Positions 10,540 to 20,890 of a stretch of 64,000 bases of DNA are shown here, piece after piece. Origin of the DNA: a virus. The stretch's first letter is position 1; each line of letters begins with the position of its first letter. The position numbers and the translations under genes were made by a program. The DNA lies in IMG/VR virus record IMGVR_UViG_3300028400_000004, positions 19,754 to 83,753 of that record. One strand, 5' to 3'. Below the pieces are notes generated by a model, which saw only the letters and a program-made list of their open reading frames with translations, searched no databases and was not told the origin of the DNA.

Positions 10540-13500
10540 AGTTTTAATTTATAATAATCCACTAGAAAAGGTTACAGACACAGTCATATACTGCAAGCCT
10601 GGATTTTGTATTAATGATCTTAATATAAATAAAGATAATTATATTTTCTATGTTAATGGGAAGCCTTGTGACTTTGACTACAAATTGAAAGCTGAAGACA
10701 TTTTATCAATTTATGTATTACCTAAAGATACAAATAATACTTATGTAAGGCAAGGTATTAAATTAGCTGCTGTATTGGCCGTTGCATCTTTAACCCAAAA
10801 TTGGGTCGCCGGATGGAAAATGGCCGCATTATTATCAACCAATTTAATAGCAAATTATTTACTGCCAGATTTGCCATTAGATGAAACAACACCGGAAGAG
10901 TTACTTAGTGGAACACTAACAGAGCCAAAAGAAGGTCTTAGGATTCCAAAAATATTTGGAAATGTTCATTTCACACCGCCAATGGCTGCACGTCCTCATT
11001 TGAACCCTGGATCAGGAAATGACGCTAGTATTGTATACTGCGTAGCTTTAGGATATGGGCCACTAGACTTAGTAGGAACATCCACTAGCCTGCAGCTTAG
11101 TGGTACTAGAACGACTCCACATACTATAAACGATATACCGGATGGATCAATTACACTGGGTGGTACAGATATAAAGCAAGCTAAAGGTGTGGAAATAGAA
11201 ATAGGTGATCCAAACACTTTTTCTATCTATGATGAATTAGTATATGACCAAGTAGTCAATTTTTCATATACAAGAACGAACGGTGTTGAAGATAATTGGA
11301 CACCGGATAATGTAGAGCATATACAAACTATGGGGGTAGCTGGTAAAAATATCACTATAAATATACACTTTCCTAGTGGATTATACACAAAAGGCGGAGA
11401 TAATAAAGTAAATAAGCGGTTCCAAGATATAGTTGAGTTTCAAATTCAATATAAAAAATCAACAGACACTACTTGGACTTCATTTAACTTACCCTCTAAA
11501 TTTTTAGATTATAGTTATCCAGACTCAACAAAAGGATGGATATATGGAGGAAAAACAAAACCATTTTGGGTTAAAATAAATTTAGAATTACCTACAGAAG
11601 ATATTTATGACATAAAATTAGTAAGAATAAGAACTCACACAGGAGATAGTGAAGTAGTACGCGCTACATTCGTATGGGAAACCTTGGTAATAACTAAGTC
11701 CGGACAACCAATAAAACAATTATATTCCCCTAAAGTTGATAGTGGTGAAGAACCAATATGGATGGCTATCAAAGTAAAAGGAAAAGATAGAATAAAATCA
11801 GCTTATGATCTAAAGGTTAATCTAGGCGGTTACTGCTTTAATGGAGCAACAAAAGTAAGAACCCAATCTCCTGCCTTAGCAGCTTTAGAAATATTAACAA
11901 CGTCTGTCAATAAGAATAGAGTTGACCCTTCAAAAATAGACATAAATAGTTTTACTTCCTGGGATAGTTGGTGCTCGTCAGTAGGATATACATTTAATAC
12001 TGCATATTATAAAGACGAAACACTAAAGTCTGTATTGGATGACGCCAGCCGTGCTGGATTAGGGCGGGTAATCATTACTGACCAAGGATTCAGGGCTGTA
12101 TATGATGCGGGTGCTGCAAATGCTACGCCAACCCAAATATTCACACCTCGTAATTCTTGGAACTTTTCTGCTACACAATCAGCAGATAAAATTCCTGATG
12201 CCGTAAAATTAATGTATCTAAATGAGGATACTGCAACCCAAGATTCTGTCATTGTTTATAATACTGGATATGACGAGAGTACAGCTTTTGATATAACCGA
12301 TTATAGTTTTAGAGGTATTACTACCCATGATCATGCCGCTAGTATTGCTTCATTTTTATTAAATACCGCCAATTTACGACCTACTACATATAAATTTATA
12401 ACCACAATTGAAGCGTTACGCAGTATTGTTGGTGACAAAGTTAAATTACAACATGATAGCATTGCAGTAGGATATGGATCGGGTCGTGTAATAGAAACAA
12501 CCACATCAGCAGGAAATATTACTGCTGTTAGACTGGATGAACGCATTGTATTAGGGGGCGCCACTTCTGGAGACAATTCTATTCTATTTAGAGCTAGTGA
12601 CGGCGTAGTTTATATTTCCCAAATACAAGAATTTAATGTAGAAACAGATACTTTTACATTATCTAATCCTATAAGTGATACTGTTAACTTATTAGATGCT
12701 ATAGCTACTGTAGGAAAAACATCGCAAGAAACTATAGATTTAGTTATAAGCGATATTGAATATTCTAACGACTTTTCAGCTACAATTACTGGATTTGATG
12801 CTGCACCTGAAGTACATAATCATACAGGCAGAATACCACCTTATACACCGCCAGCATATTTACCTCCAAATATAGAACAACTAACTCCACCAACGCCAAG
12901 TATTGTTAGTGCCTTTGCTTCAATAGAAGATAGTGACGTATTGCCGGATGGAACACCTTTAGCAGAGCTAAAAGCATTATTCAAGTCAGCAGACAATTCT
13001 GTACCTGTTGAAAAAATAGAAGTACAGGTTTGGGCAGATTCTTCTGTAGATAGCCAAGCACAACCTATTACTTATGTAATTGATCCATGGGAAGGTTTAA
13101 GTGTAAAAGTAAACTTCGATGATAATATTTATTTAAGGGCTAGAAGCGTAAGTCCGTACGGTAAAACTTCTGATTGGACGGATTTACAAACAATTACCCC
13201 TACATGGACATGGCCGCCAGGTGCTGTTACTAATTTACAAATTGAAAATTTTGATGACAAAATAAAACTATCATGGGATAAGCACGAAAGACCTTCTGTA
13301 AAAGAATATGAAATAAGACGTGGAACATCTTGGTCAACTGCTACAGTTTTAGGCAGAACTACAGATACATTTTTTATTGATTATGCACAAGGTGTAGGAA
13401 ATACTACTTATTTGGTCGCACCTATTGATAGTACAACGAATGAAGTCGGTGCGGTTGCTTCCGCTATTTTAACTGTTACTAATCCTATTGTGTCTGGATT

Positions 13501-16500
13501 AACAGCTACAATAATACAAAATAGGGTTAAATTATCATGGGGAACTTCACCCGGCACATGGCCTATTGATAGACACGAAATAGTTATAGATGGAGATGAA
13601 GCGAACAAAATAAAAATAAATGGCAATAATAATGCCTATTGGCTAAATGACTTATCATTAGGAACACATACTGTTATTGTTAGGGTTGTATCCATTGTTG
13701 GCGCATCCCATGAGCAATCAACAACTTTTGACATTATAGACCGGCCTGTAGGTACAGTAGATGATAGTGGTGTCTTTGTTAGAAATTGGGAAACAGATGC
13801 ACAAATAAATGAATTACAAAGTACTACTTATACCTTATTAGCAAAAAGCAATTTAGGTCGTAATGGCGGTAATTGTTTAGATATTACTCCAGATAGTTCA
13901 GGCAAACATTCACATTATACATCCACATGGGCAACTTCTTTATTACCTGATAAAGTACAAACTGCGTTATTAGCAAAACGAGTAAGGTTTCAATCTTACA
14001 TAAAATCAAAAGATGGAACAACCCCTCCGAGTGCTGGAAATATTATTTACTGGGATGCTAATTTTAATGATGACATAATGACAACGGGGAATCAAGAACA
14101 TAGTGGTAATGGTTACCCATTTTTTAGTGAAATTATTTATGATGCCACCGATCCAGATAATTATATTGTTAGACCCGGAGATGTTTTAAGAGTACAAGCA
14201 GAATTAAAGGTTGACAGTGTTGCTCAAGCTGCTGGAGTGAATTCTCGTCTATTTGTATATATTGTAGGGAAAAATAAAAATGATAATACAACACTATGGT
14301 TAGATTCAGTAAGCATTTCTTCCAATTCTACTACTTATCAATTATTAGATACAGAATTTGTAATAGCTAATGATGTAGCGATAAATGATTATACAATATA
14401 TAAAGTAGGTATAGATGTTTATCACTTTCCTTCATCAATAACTGATGGAATAGCCTATGCTAGAAACATAAAAGCCACAATACATGGAAAAGCATTTTCA
14501 ATATCAACACAAAATTCAGTTATAACAGACGATTGGATTAATATAGGTGCTATAGTTAAAATTCCTTCATATGCAACAAATATCCGATATGGTGTAGCTC
14601 CTTCGCATGATCGCGCAGATGGAAATGGATGTTTATTGGATGACTTTTCCATATTCCCAGTACCTGACAAAATAGATTCAAATAATATTGAACAATGGAT
14701 TTCAAAGGCTGCAATTGGCGATGCGTACATTAATAGTTTAATTGCAGATAAGATTAAAAGCGGAACAATATCATCAGAAGTTATTTATGTAGGCGATCAA
14801 TCTATACAAATAGATGGGGCAAATAATTGGATTTTAATAAAAGACAAACAGGGGACTCCTAAAAGCAGGGTAGTATTAGGTAAAACGGGACCTAATGCTA
14901 CCGATTATGGTATTACAATATATGATGAAAATGGTAATGTATTATTAGGAACAAACAGATCTTTTGATAGTAGTTTAGTTGATGCTTTAAGTACGCAAAA
15001 TGCACCGAAAGAAGCCGGAGCCACCGCTACTGACCCAGCAAACATGGTCCGCAACGGCTCTCTGATAGCAGACAATGACAACTTCTCGACTTGGGGCTAT
15101 GATTCTGACGACGGCGATCAGACGAAAGGCTGCGTGTACCAGGTCGGGAAATACTGGAAATATTCGGATCAGTACATCCCCGTTGATCTCAACAAGGCTT
15201 ATGAGCTTTCTGCCAGCTTCCGCACCTTGCTTCCTAACACAACGCTGTATGCGGGTTTTTCGTGCTACGACAAGAACAAGAAAAACATTTTGTTCCGGCA
15301 TTGTTGGCGTTACGCCGGGCGCGACACGACCCTATATGCAGCCGCGAATGTAGGCGACACGGCGGTTCAGATTGTGCCGCCGCCTACCGCGTGGGACGCG
15401 CCTGGAAATTCATACATTGTTTTCGCAGTACAACCCGACTATTCGGACCTGCCAAATTTCAACGACTACAAGATCACAAACATAGACACGTCCACGGAAG
15501 CAAGCGGGTATTGGATCATCACGTTGGATACCGCGCTGACCGACAGCTACGCGGCCGGGACCAGTGTCGGCAACGTGCGCGGCGGCAATACATGGCAGTA
15601 TGCTCTACTTGCGAATCAAGTCGTCGGCACTTCATGGGTCCGTAAGCAGGCCAAAATAGCAGGCGTCAATGATCCTACCTCGCCGGCAGGATATACGCAG
15701 TTTCGCCGTGGGACAGCGTACATCAAGTTCATGGTGTACACGAATGTAAACCAAACCGACACAACGAAAGTCGATGACGTGCTGCTCTTACCCTTGCCAG
15801 ACGAGCAAAATCTGGATGCGCTGAATCTGTCAAACGCGCCGCGCGAGGCCGGAGCAGACAACACCGGCAACCGCATCTACGGCACCGGCGGACTGCTGCC
15901 GAATTGGAATCTTGACATCATCGATGGCGAAGGCAAGCCCGCTGGTATTCAGCCTGTTGAAGGCGTCTCGGACCGAAACGGCATCGCCGCGACGGCGGAC
16001 GGGCTGAAGATTCAGCACCCGTCGGATTGGAATGTTGCTTATGGCTTCCCGGCAATACCGATTGATGACAAGCAGCGATACCGCGTTGTCATCACGCACC
16101 GGAGCGGGCAGTCCACGACGACGGGGCTGTATTTGAGGTTCAACGAGCTCAACACGGCGTTGCCGCAGGGGCAGACTCACGTAACCGCCCGCACGAGCTT
16201 CAAAGACCTACTCGCCAATGGCCCGATGCCCGGCCCCGCCTGGGTCACAGATGAGTATAACTACACCCCAACACTGGGGACGAAATTCGCTTCGTTCTCA
16301 ATGTATCACTGGGGCAACGCCGTCTCGTTTGAGTACGAAATCGATCGCGTGCAAATCATCCCGATAGCAAAGACGGCAAGTGACATTGACTACAGCGATG
16401 GCACGAACGTTGATTCGTTGAAACCGAAAGAGCCGAACGCGGATACGACAAAAGGCGCCATCGAATCCGTAGTCACCATCAACGACCAGGGGGCGATCCA

Positions 16501-17374
16501 AAATGCTTCATGGGACACCGGAACGAAGAAAATCAAGATCGACTTCGCTAATCAGCGGATTGCTATTGGCGATGATGTTTACAGAAGTAGTATTCCTCAC
16601 GTCCTGCAAGAATACAACGGTGGTCAACCAAGGTTTGAAGTTTCAAATGGAGATCAATCTTACATAAGATTCGATTCAATTAATAATTTATTAGAAATAG
16701 GTCCAGAAATAAAAACAAAAGGACTATATGGGTATTTTAATAAAAATCCTGTATATAGATCGTTATTAATAGACACAATAGCTTCCTATGTAATTTCATC
16801 TATTACCAAAGACTACGGTAAAGGTGGACTAATAATCAATCCTTATGGATTCTTATATAGGTTTATGCCTTTCAATAAAAATGGAGATTTTTCTACATAC
16901 AATATCAGGCGCTATTATTTTACTATAGATACGGATTCAAACATTAATTACAATTTAAATTTTTATTTTGGAAGGAACACAGATGATAGCAGTTACGTTT
17001 TTCCAACAAATCCTTATATAGATATAAAAATAAGTTTAAGTTATAATAATATATCTATAAGTTTTTTTACTGAAAACGGGGAAACTATAAGAAGTACATC
17101 TACATCCTTTGGTAGTGGTAATGATAATATTGAAATAGTTATATATTCTTACTTATCAACATCAGGATTAATAACAGAATACACAACTACCGTCGATATA
17201 TATGCTTACGGATTGAAAATCTTTGGAGGAAGTATTGCAACCTCGTATAGTCCACTACTTCCAGAATTTTTTATGATAAAAAGTACAGATTCAACTTATA
17301 ACATAATTTTATATGAGTTTAATTACACAGAATACTATAAAGATATGCCTACTGATTACATAGTATTGATATAA
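10523..17374 (+). CDS. Tail tip/host-specificity protein (gpJ-like) with FN3 and carbohydrate-binding-like modules
   Basis: 2283 aa; IPKIFG, QIFTPRNSWNFS, FN3-like (KLSW, EYEIR) and AAIGDAYI..L.ADKI.SG motifs. Confidence 0.9.
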   Translation: MRKNTKVLIYNNPLEKVTDTVIYCKPGFCINDLNINKDNYIFYVNGKPCDFDYKLKAEDILSIYVLPKDTNNTYVRQGIKLAAVLAVASLTQNWVAGWKMAALLSTNLIANYLLPDLPLDETTPEELLSGTLTEPKEGLRIPKIFGNVHFTPPMAARPHLNPGSGNDASIVYCVALGYGPLDLVGTSTSLQLSGTRTTPHTINDIPDGSITLGGTDIKQAKGVEIEIGDPNTFSIYDELVYDQVVNFSYTRTNGVEDNWTPDNVEHIQTMGVAGKNITINIHFPSGLYTKGGDNKVNKRFQDIVEFQIQYKKSTDTTWTSFNLPSKFLDYSYPDSTKGWIYGGKTKPFWVKINLELPTEDIYDIKLVRIRTHTGDSEVVRATFVWETLVITKSGQPIKQLYSPKVDSGEEPIWMAIKVKGKDRIKSAYDLKVNLGGYCFNGATKVRTQSPALAALEILTTSVNKNRVDPSKIDINSFTSWDSWCSSVGYTFNTAYYKDETLKSVLDDASRAGLGRVIITDQGFRAVYDAGAANATPTQIFTPRNSWNFSATQSADKIPDAVKLMYLNEDTATQDSVIVYNTGYDESTAFDITDYSFRGITTHDHAASIASFLLNTANLRPTTYKFITTIEALRSIVGDKVKLQHDSIAVGYGSGRVIETTTSAGNITAVRLDERIVLGGATSGDNSILFRASDGVVYISQIQEFNVETDTFTLSNPISDTVNLLDAIATVGKTSQETIDLVISDIEYSNDFSATITGFDAAPEVHNHTGRIPPYTPPAYLPPNIEQLTPPTPSIVSAFASIEDSDVLPDGTPLAELKALFKSADNSVPVEKIEVQVWADSSVDSQAQPITYVIDPWEGLSVKVNFDDNIYLRARSVSPYGKTSDWTDLQTITPTWTWPPGAVTNLQIENFDDKIKLSWDKHERPSVKEYEIRRGTSWSTATVLGRTTDTFFIDYAQGVGNTTYLVAPIDSTTNEVGAVASAILTVTNPIVSGLTATIIQNRVKLSWGTSPGTWPIDRHEIVIDGDEANKIKINGNNNAYWLNDLSLGTHTVIVRVVSIVGASHEQSTTFDIIDRPVGTVDDSGVFVRNWETDAQINELQSTTYTLLAKSNLGRNGGNCLDITPDSSGKHSHYTSTWATSLLPDKVQTALLAKRVRFQSYIKSKDGTTPPSAGNIIYWDANFNDDIMTTGNQEHSGNGYPFFSEIIYDATDPDNYIVRPGDVLRVQAELKVDSVAQAAGVNSRLFVYIVGKNKNDNTTLWLDSVSISSNSTTYQLLDTEFVIANDVAINDYTIYKVGIDVYHFPSSITDGIAYARNIKATIHGKAFSISTQNSVITDDWINIGAIVKIPSYATNIRYGVAPSHDRADGNGCLLDDFSIFPVPDKIDSNNIEQWISKAAIGDAYINSLIADKIKSGTISSEVIYVGDQSIQIDGANNWILIKDKQGTPKSRVVLGKTGPNATDYGITIYDENGNVLLGTNRSFDSSLVDALSTQNAPKEAGATATDPANMVRNGSLIADNDNFSTWGYDSDDGDQTKGCVYQVGKYWKYSDQYIPVDLNKAYELSASFRTLLPNTTLYAGFSCYDKNKKNILFRHCWRYAGRDTTLYAAANVGDTAVQIVPPPTAWDAPGNSYIVFAVQPDYSDLPNFNDYKITNIDTSTEASGYWIITLDTALTDSYAAGTSVGNVRGGNTWQYALLANQVVGTSWVRKQAKIAGVNDPTSPAGYTQFRRGTAYIKFMVYTNVNQTDTTKVDDVLLLPLPDEQNLDALNLSNAPREAGADNTGNRIYGTGGLLPNWNLDIIDGEGKPAGIQPVEGVSDRNGIAATADGLKIQHPSDWNVAYGFPAIPIDDKQRYRVVITHRSGQSTTTGLYLRFNELNTALPQGQTHVTARTSFKDLLANGPMPGPAWVTDEYNYTPTLGTKFASFSMYHWGNAVSFEYEIDRVQIIPIAKTASDIDYSDGTNVDSLKPKEPNADTTKGAIESVVTINDQGAIQNASWDTGTKKIKIDFANQRIAIGDDVYRSSIPHVLQEYNGGQPRFEVSNGDQSYIRFDSINNLLEIGPEIKTKGLYGYFNKNPVYRSLLIDTIASYVISSITKDYGKGGLIINPYGFLYRFMPFNKNGDFSTYNIRRYYFTIDTDSNINYNLNFYFGRNTDDSSYVFPTNPYIDIKISLSYNNISISFFTENGETIRSTSTSFGSGNDNIEIVIYSYLSTSGLITEYTTTVDIYAYGLKIFGGSIATSYSPLLPEFFMIKSTDSTYNIILYEFNYTEYYKDMPTDYIVLI

Positions 17375-17404
17375 AGATAAAGTTATAACTATGAATATAT
17401 TTTA

Positions 17405-17629
17405 TCACAAAAATAAACGAATACCACAATCAGGGTAGTCAGCGCTCTCTGCCAACAACTCTATCGTAAAAAGTTCGCGTTCTTTTTTAAATCCAATTTT
17501 ATTTTTATCAAGAAAACTTCTTAATTTGTTATATGCTTCTGTAGGATCATTAGCAACTACATAAGCAACTCCATTAATATTAGATTGTCTCATTCCACGA
17601 CATTTTACTAAACATAGTTTATTGCTCAT
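17405..17629 (-). CDS. Hypothetical protein
   Basis: Coupled ORF in the minus-strand small-gene run. Confidence 0.55.
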   Translation of the reverse strand: MSNKLCLVKCRGMRQSNINGVAYVVANDPTEAYNKLRSFLDKNKIGFKKERELFTIELLAESADYPDCGIRLFL

Positions 17630-17915
17630 TTTTCAAACCCTCTTTATACAAAGAATATTTATACCCATAACCCAGTAAAGCAAAAAATTCATCTACATTT
17701 ATTTCGTTATACCAATCCTTCCATCTGCTAATATATATCTTAGGATTTTGGTTTGTTACAATATCCATCAAATGTAATAAAACATTTTCATCTAATTTTT
17801 CATTACTGAATGAAATTAGCCTTTGTAATTCTTCTAATTGCTCACCGTTTTCATCAAAAAATAATGCGTTTCTATTAGTGAATATCCAAATACTTTGTAT
17901 TTTTACATTTTTCAT
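17619..17915 (-). CDS. Hypothetical protein
   Basis: GGAG SD upstream; overlaps the next gene. Confidence 0.55.
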   Translation of the reverse strand: MKNVKIQSIWIFTNRNALFFDENGEQLEELQRLISFSNEKLDENVLLHLMDIVTNQNPKIYISRWKDWYNEINVDEFFALLGYGYKYSLYKEGLKNEQ

Positions 17916-17966
17916 CACAAAATCTCCATATAATTGTAAAGCCAAACAAACCCATATCGCTTATTG

Positions 17967-18329
17967 TTATGTATGGTACTGTTTTAATGTAACCTCCGCC
18001 GCAGTTAATTTTGCTTTTGCTTCTTCTAATCGACGTTCACAATGTTTAGTATAACACTTCATTCTAGCAACAAGACTCTCAACAGCCTCCTTTTCAGTAG
18101 GCCACGCAAATCGCTTTTTCGCATCATTTCTAATAAAATGCATAGGGCAGTAAGGCCCTCTAGCTACCCAATAACCTTTTTTTGTGTATTTAACAGCATA
18201 ATATTTTGTTATTTGCACAGAAACTCTATATCCAGAAACGTTCCCATACTCATCCAATGTACCAAATAAATAAGATTCGGCTCTATATAATATTTTAGCA
18301 TTTTTTGGGATGTAGTCTTTGAAAATCAT
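17967..18329 (-). CDS. Hypothetical protein
   Basis: Coherent ORF downstream of the promoter/ncRNA. Confidence 0.6.
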   Translation of the reverse strand: MIFKDYIPKNAKILYRAESYLFGTLDEYGNVSGYRVSVQITKYYAVKYTKKGYWVARGPYCPMHFIRNDAKKRFAWPTEKEAVESLVARMKCYTKHCERRLEEAKAKLTAAEVTLKQYHT

Positions 18330-18356
18330 TTTTTAGTCAAACAATTTGTAAATATA

Positions 18357-18502
18357 GGCGGCGATCCACAGACTGGTCGGTCGCTACTCCGGCTACGTAG
18401 TACAGTTGGCCGACTGTACAAGGAGCATCGAGCTTCGCCTTGCTCAAGGACTACACACCCTAGCGTGTCTGCGATTTTCCACGCCGCAGCCAGCTTCACG
18501 CC
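18357..18502 (-). ncRNA. Putative tRNA-like structured ncRNA, copy 1 (about 146 nt)
   Basis: GC-rich island; 5' GGCGUGAAGCUGGCUG and 3' CCGACCAGUCUGUGGAUCGCCGCC ends are shared with 58366-58444; has its own promoter. Confidence 0.7.
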
Positions 18503-18514
18503 ATTACACTAACT

Positions 18515-18543
18515 ATTATACAATTCAAGTTTCTATAAGTCAA
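18515..18543 (-). promoter_or_regulatory. Sigma70-type promoter
   Basis: TTGACT-17 bp-TATAAT on the minus strand. Confidence 0.85.
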
Positions 18544-18601
18544 CCCCAGAACATGGCTCCTTAAAACAAATTAATAATACCTAAATATTACTTTTTTAAT
18601 T

Positions 18602-18913
18602 TTATATCCTGCATCCACAATGTTTACATAATTTATGCACTTTAGCACAATCATCACATAAAATATCAACGTTAGTATTCCCAAATAATAACTCTTTACC
18701 GCACGCAGCACATTCTGTTTCTGTGACGGCACTGCCTCCAGCCAGTGGTCCATAATAGCATAATACACATAAGTTTTTAGACTTTCTTATGTTCTTATCA
18801 GGATCATTTTTTAGTTTATCAGCAAACTCTATATAATTTCTAATTCTGCTTCTAGTGGTGTTAGTCCACAACTCAATATTACCTTTATTGAACTTTTTTC
18901 TAGGAACTTTCAT
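18602..18913 (-). CDS. Zn-binding hypothetical protein
   Basis: Four CxxC pairs. Confidence 0.65.
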   Translation of the reverse strand: MKVPRKKFNKGNIELWTNTTRSRIRNYIEFADKLKNDPDKNIRKSKNLCVLCYYGPLAGGSAVTETECAACGKELLFGNTNVDILCDDCAKVHKLCKHCGCRI

Positions 18914-18936
18914 AAAAATTACCTATTATAAATATT

Positions 18937-19098
18937 TTATACAATTTCCCAAGCGCCTGTTGTTTTATAAATTAATACTGGTTCGTTAGACTTTCTTGCC
19001 CTTTTATGTCTTAACCTTTTTAGAAGTCTTTTATCATTTATTAATGCCTTTTTAGGCTTACGCATTGCACAAGATTTCTGCCAGCTTTTCTTTTTCAT
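18937..19098 (-). CDS. Small basic hypothetical protein (53 aa, not in ORF track)
   Basis: MKKKSWQKSCAMRKPKK...GAWEIV*; AGGT SD; fills the intergenic gap. Confidence 0.5.
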   Translation of the reverse strand: MKKKSWQKSCAMRKPKKALINDKRLLKRLRHKRARKSNEPVLIYKTTGAWEIV

Positions 19099-19100
19099 AA

Positions 19101-19340
19101 TTAATACCTATTAAATTTTAGTTTATATATTCTTGATATATTCTTTATTTTATTACGTTTATTCCTAAATACCAAACATTCTCTTTCCTCATACTTAGAC
19201 TTCCTAGTATTTACCATTACTAATTTTTTGAACTCTCTATAATCACGCTTACCCTGCCAGAAATATTTAATATGTTTTTTCCTGTGTGATCTAATTAAAT
19301 CGTAAAACCTACTTCCAAATACATTTTTAGTATCAAACAC
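19101..19340 (-). CDS. Basic hypothetical protein
   Basis: GAGG SD; paralog of 19399-19575. Confidence 0.55.
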   Translation of the reverse strand: MFDTKNVFGSRFYDLIRSHRKKHIKYFWQGKRDYREFKKLVMVNTRKSKYEERECLVFRNKRNKIKNISRIYKLKFNRY

Positions 19341-19398
19341 AATTAAGCCTCACAAACATAATAATTTATAATAAATTGATATATAATTTTTACATTAC

Positions 19399-19575
19399 CT
19401 ATTTCATTATATTTATTTCAAAAACTGATTTAGGTCTTCTACTATTCAAAATAAGTAACTTCTTATACTTTCTATATTCCCGCTTGACATGCCATCTATA
19501 TTTAATATTACTTTTTTTATAATTATTGATTAAATTATAAAACCTATAACCAATCATTTTATTATAGTTAAACAT
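19399..19575 (-). CDS. Basic hypothetical protein, paralog of 19101-19340 (58 aa, not in ORF track)
   Basis: MFNYNKMIGYRFYNLINNYKKSNIKYRWHVKREYRKYKKL aligns with MFDTKNVFGSRFYDLIRSHRKKHIKYFWQGKRDYREFKKL. Confidence 0.55.
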   Translation of the reverse strand: MFNYNKMIGYRFYNLINNYKKSNIKYRWHVKREYRKYKKLLILNSRRPKSVFEINIMK

Positions 19576-19584
19576 TATTAAACC

Positions 19585-20187
19585 TCACAAACATAGTAAC
19601 TCATAATAACTCAATATATCTTTATAAATATTTTTAATTAAATCATTACTTATGCTTTTCAAAGTTCTATTACAAAAGCCTATGGTACTATCCACAGGAT
19701 AACCGCACATTTCCACATTTTCTATGAAATAAGAAACATATTGACCTTTATTATCAATAAACAAATGCTCATAATTTCTAATTACATAAAAATCATCAGA
19801 TAATAAATCAATTGTATTGATTAATGTTGTTTTTGTAAAACTTACCTTTAATAACAAATTATATAACGATAAATAATTATCCTTTATATATGAATCAAAA
19901 TTACCGTTATCTACTATTTCAAATAATCTAATAAACTTATTAGTATCTTTATTAGTAAATTTTTTGAACTCTGCAATACACTTGTAATTTCCAACTTTAT
20001 TATACCAATAAATTAAACTTATTAAGTGATGCTTTATCTCATCATCGCTAATAAAAGGATTTTGTACTATAAAATCATGTAGTAATTGTATATTCTTAAC
20101 AGAAAAATTTTCTTTTGCTAAACTATCTAACTCCAGTTCTACTTTTAAGAACGTGTCTGAAAAAAGTATTCCTTCTTCATATAGCAT
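19585..20187 (-). CDS. Hypothetical protein
   Basis: 200-aa ORF in operon. Confidence 0.6.
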   Translation of the reverse strand: MLYEEGILFSDTFLKVELELDSLAKENFSVKNIQLLHDFIVQNPFISDDEIKHHLISLIYWYNKVGNYKCIAEFKKFTNKDTNKFIRLFEIVDNGNFDSYIKDNYLSLYNLLLKVSFTKTTLINTIDLLSDDFYVIRNYEHLFIDNKGQYVSYFIENVEMCGYPVDSTIGFCNRTLKSISNDLIKNIYKDILSYYELLCL

Positions 20188-20202
20188 AATTAAAACATCC
20201 TG

Positions 20203-20871
20203 CTATGTTAAATTTAAGTTTAGGCCATAATCATTAACAAACTTATTCACTCTTTTATATACTTTTATCCTATCGATACCTGTCTCTGTCCATAGTAATA
20301 ATTTGTTAATAATACTATATAAGCAAAAATTTAAAGCATGTAAAGAATCGCCATAGTAGCAAAAGCAGCAATGGTAAAAATCAAAGTGTTTTTCAAGTAC
20401 GTTTACAACCGACTCTCCATTATTAATATTCTTAAATATCTTGTTTAATTCCTTATTAAAAATAACCTGAACACCATTGCTCAGTTTAATTAAAAAATAC
20501 TTATCATTTTTATCTGTATAAAGATAATCTACATATCCATAATAATCTATAACATCTTTTATATATAAATCAAAATCTTTAGGATTAAAAACTACAAATA
20601 AATCTATGTCTGTAAATTTTCCAAAATAAAATAACGTATATAGGCTGCTACCGCTAATAAAACAATTATTAGCATTAAGCACTTCCTTTCCATAATATCT
20701 ATTTACTATCTTTATAGTTTCTTCTAATTTGCCTTTATATAAATTTTTAATGTTTAATAGTTTATCTTTATAATCATCAATCCATTTATTATAATCATAA
20801 CCTCTATCAGAAATATATATTTTAAGAGGAACCAAATTACCTTTCCCGGTATAAATATTAATCATATCCAT
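20203..20871 (-). CDS. Putative nucleotidyltransferase-fold protein
   Basis: FISGSS...DIDLF (GS + DxD) and later FDF motif. Confidence 0.55.
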   Translation of the reverse strand: MDMINIYTGKGNLVPLKIYISDRGYDYNKWIDDYKDKLLNIKNLYKGKLEETIKIVNRYYGKEVLNANNCFISGSSLYTLFYFGKFTDIDLFVVFNPKDFDLYIKDVIDYYGYVDYLYTDKNDKYFLIKLSNGVQVIFNKELNKIFKNINNGESVVNVLEKHFDFYHCCFCYYGDSLHALNFCLYSIINKLLLWTETGIDRIKVYKRVNKFVNDYGLNLNLT

Positions 20872-20890
20872 TATAGCTCCTTAAACATTT

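Noticed and set aside
14987-16501. Cluster of overlapping alternative ORFs within the tail-tip gene
   Set aside because: By-product of locally high GC, which lowers stop-codon frequency
10523-17374. Diversity-generating retroelement or invertible tail-fibre system
   Set aside because: No reverse transcriptase, invertase or template/variable repeat pair seen in the window
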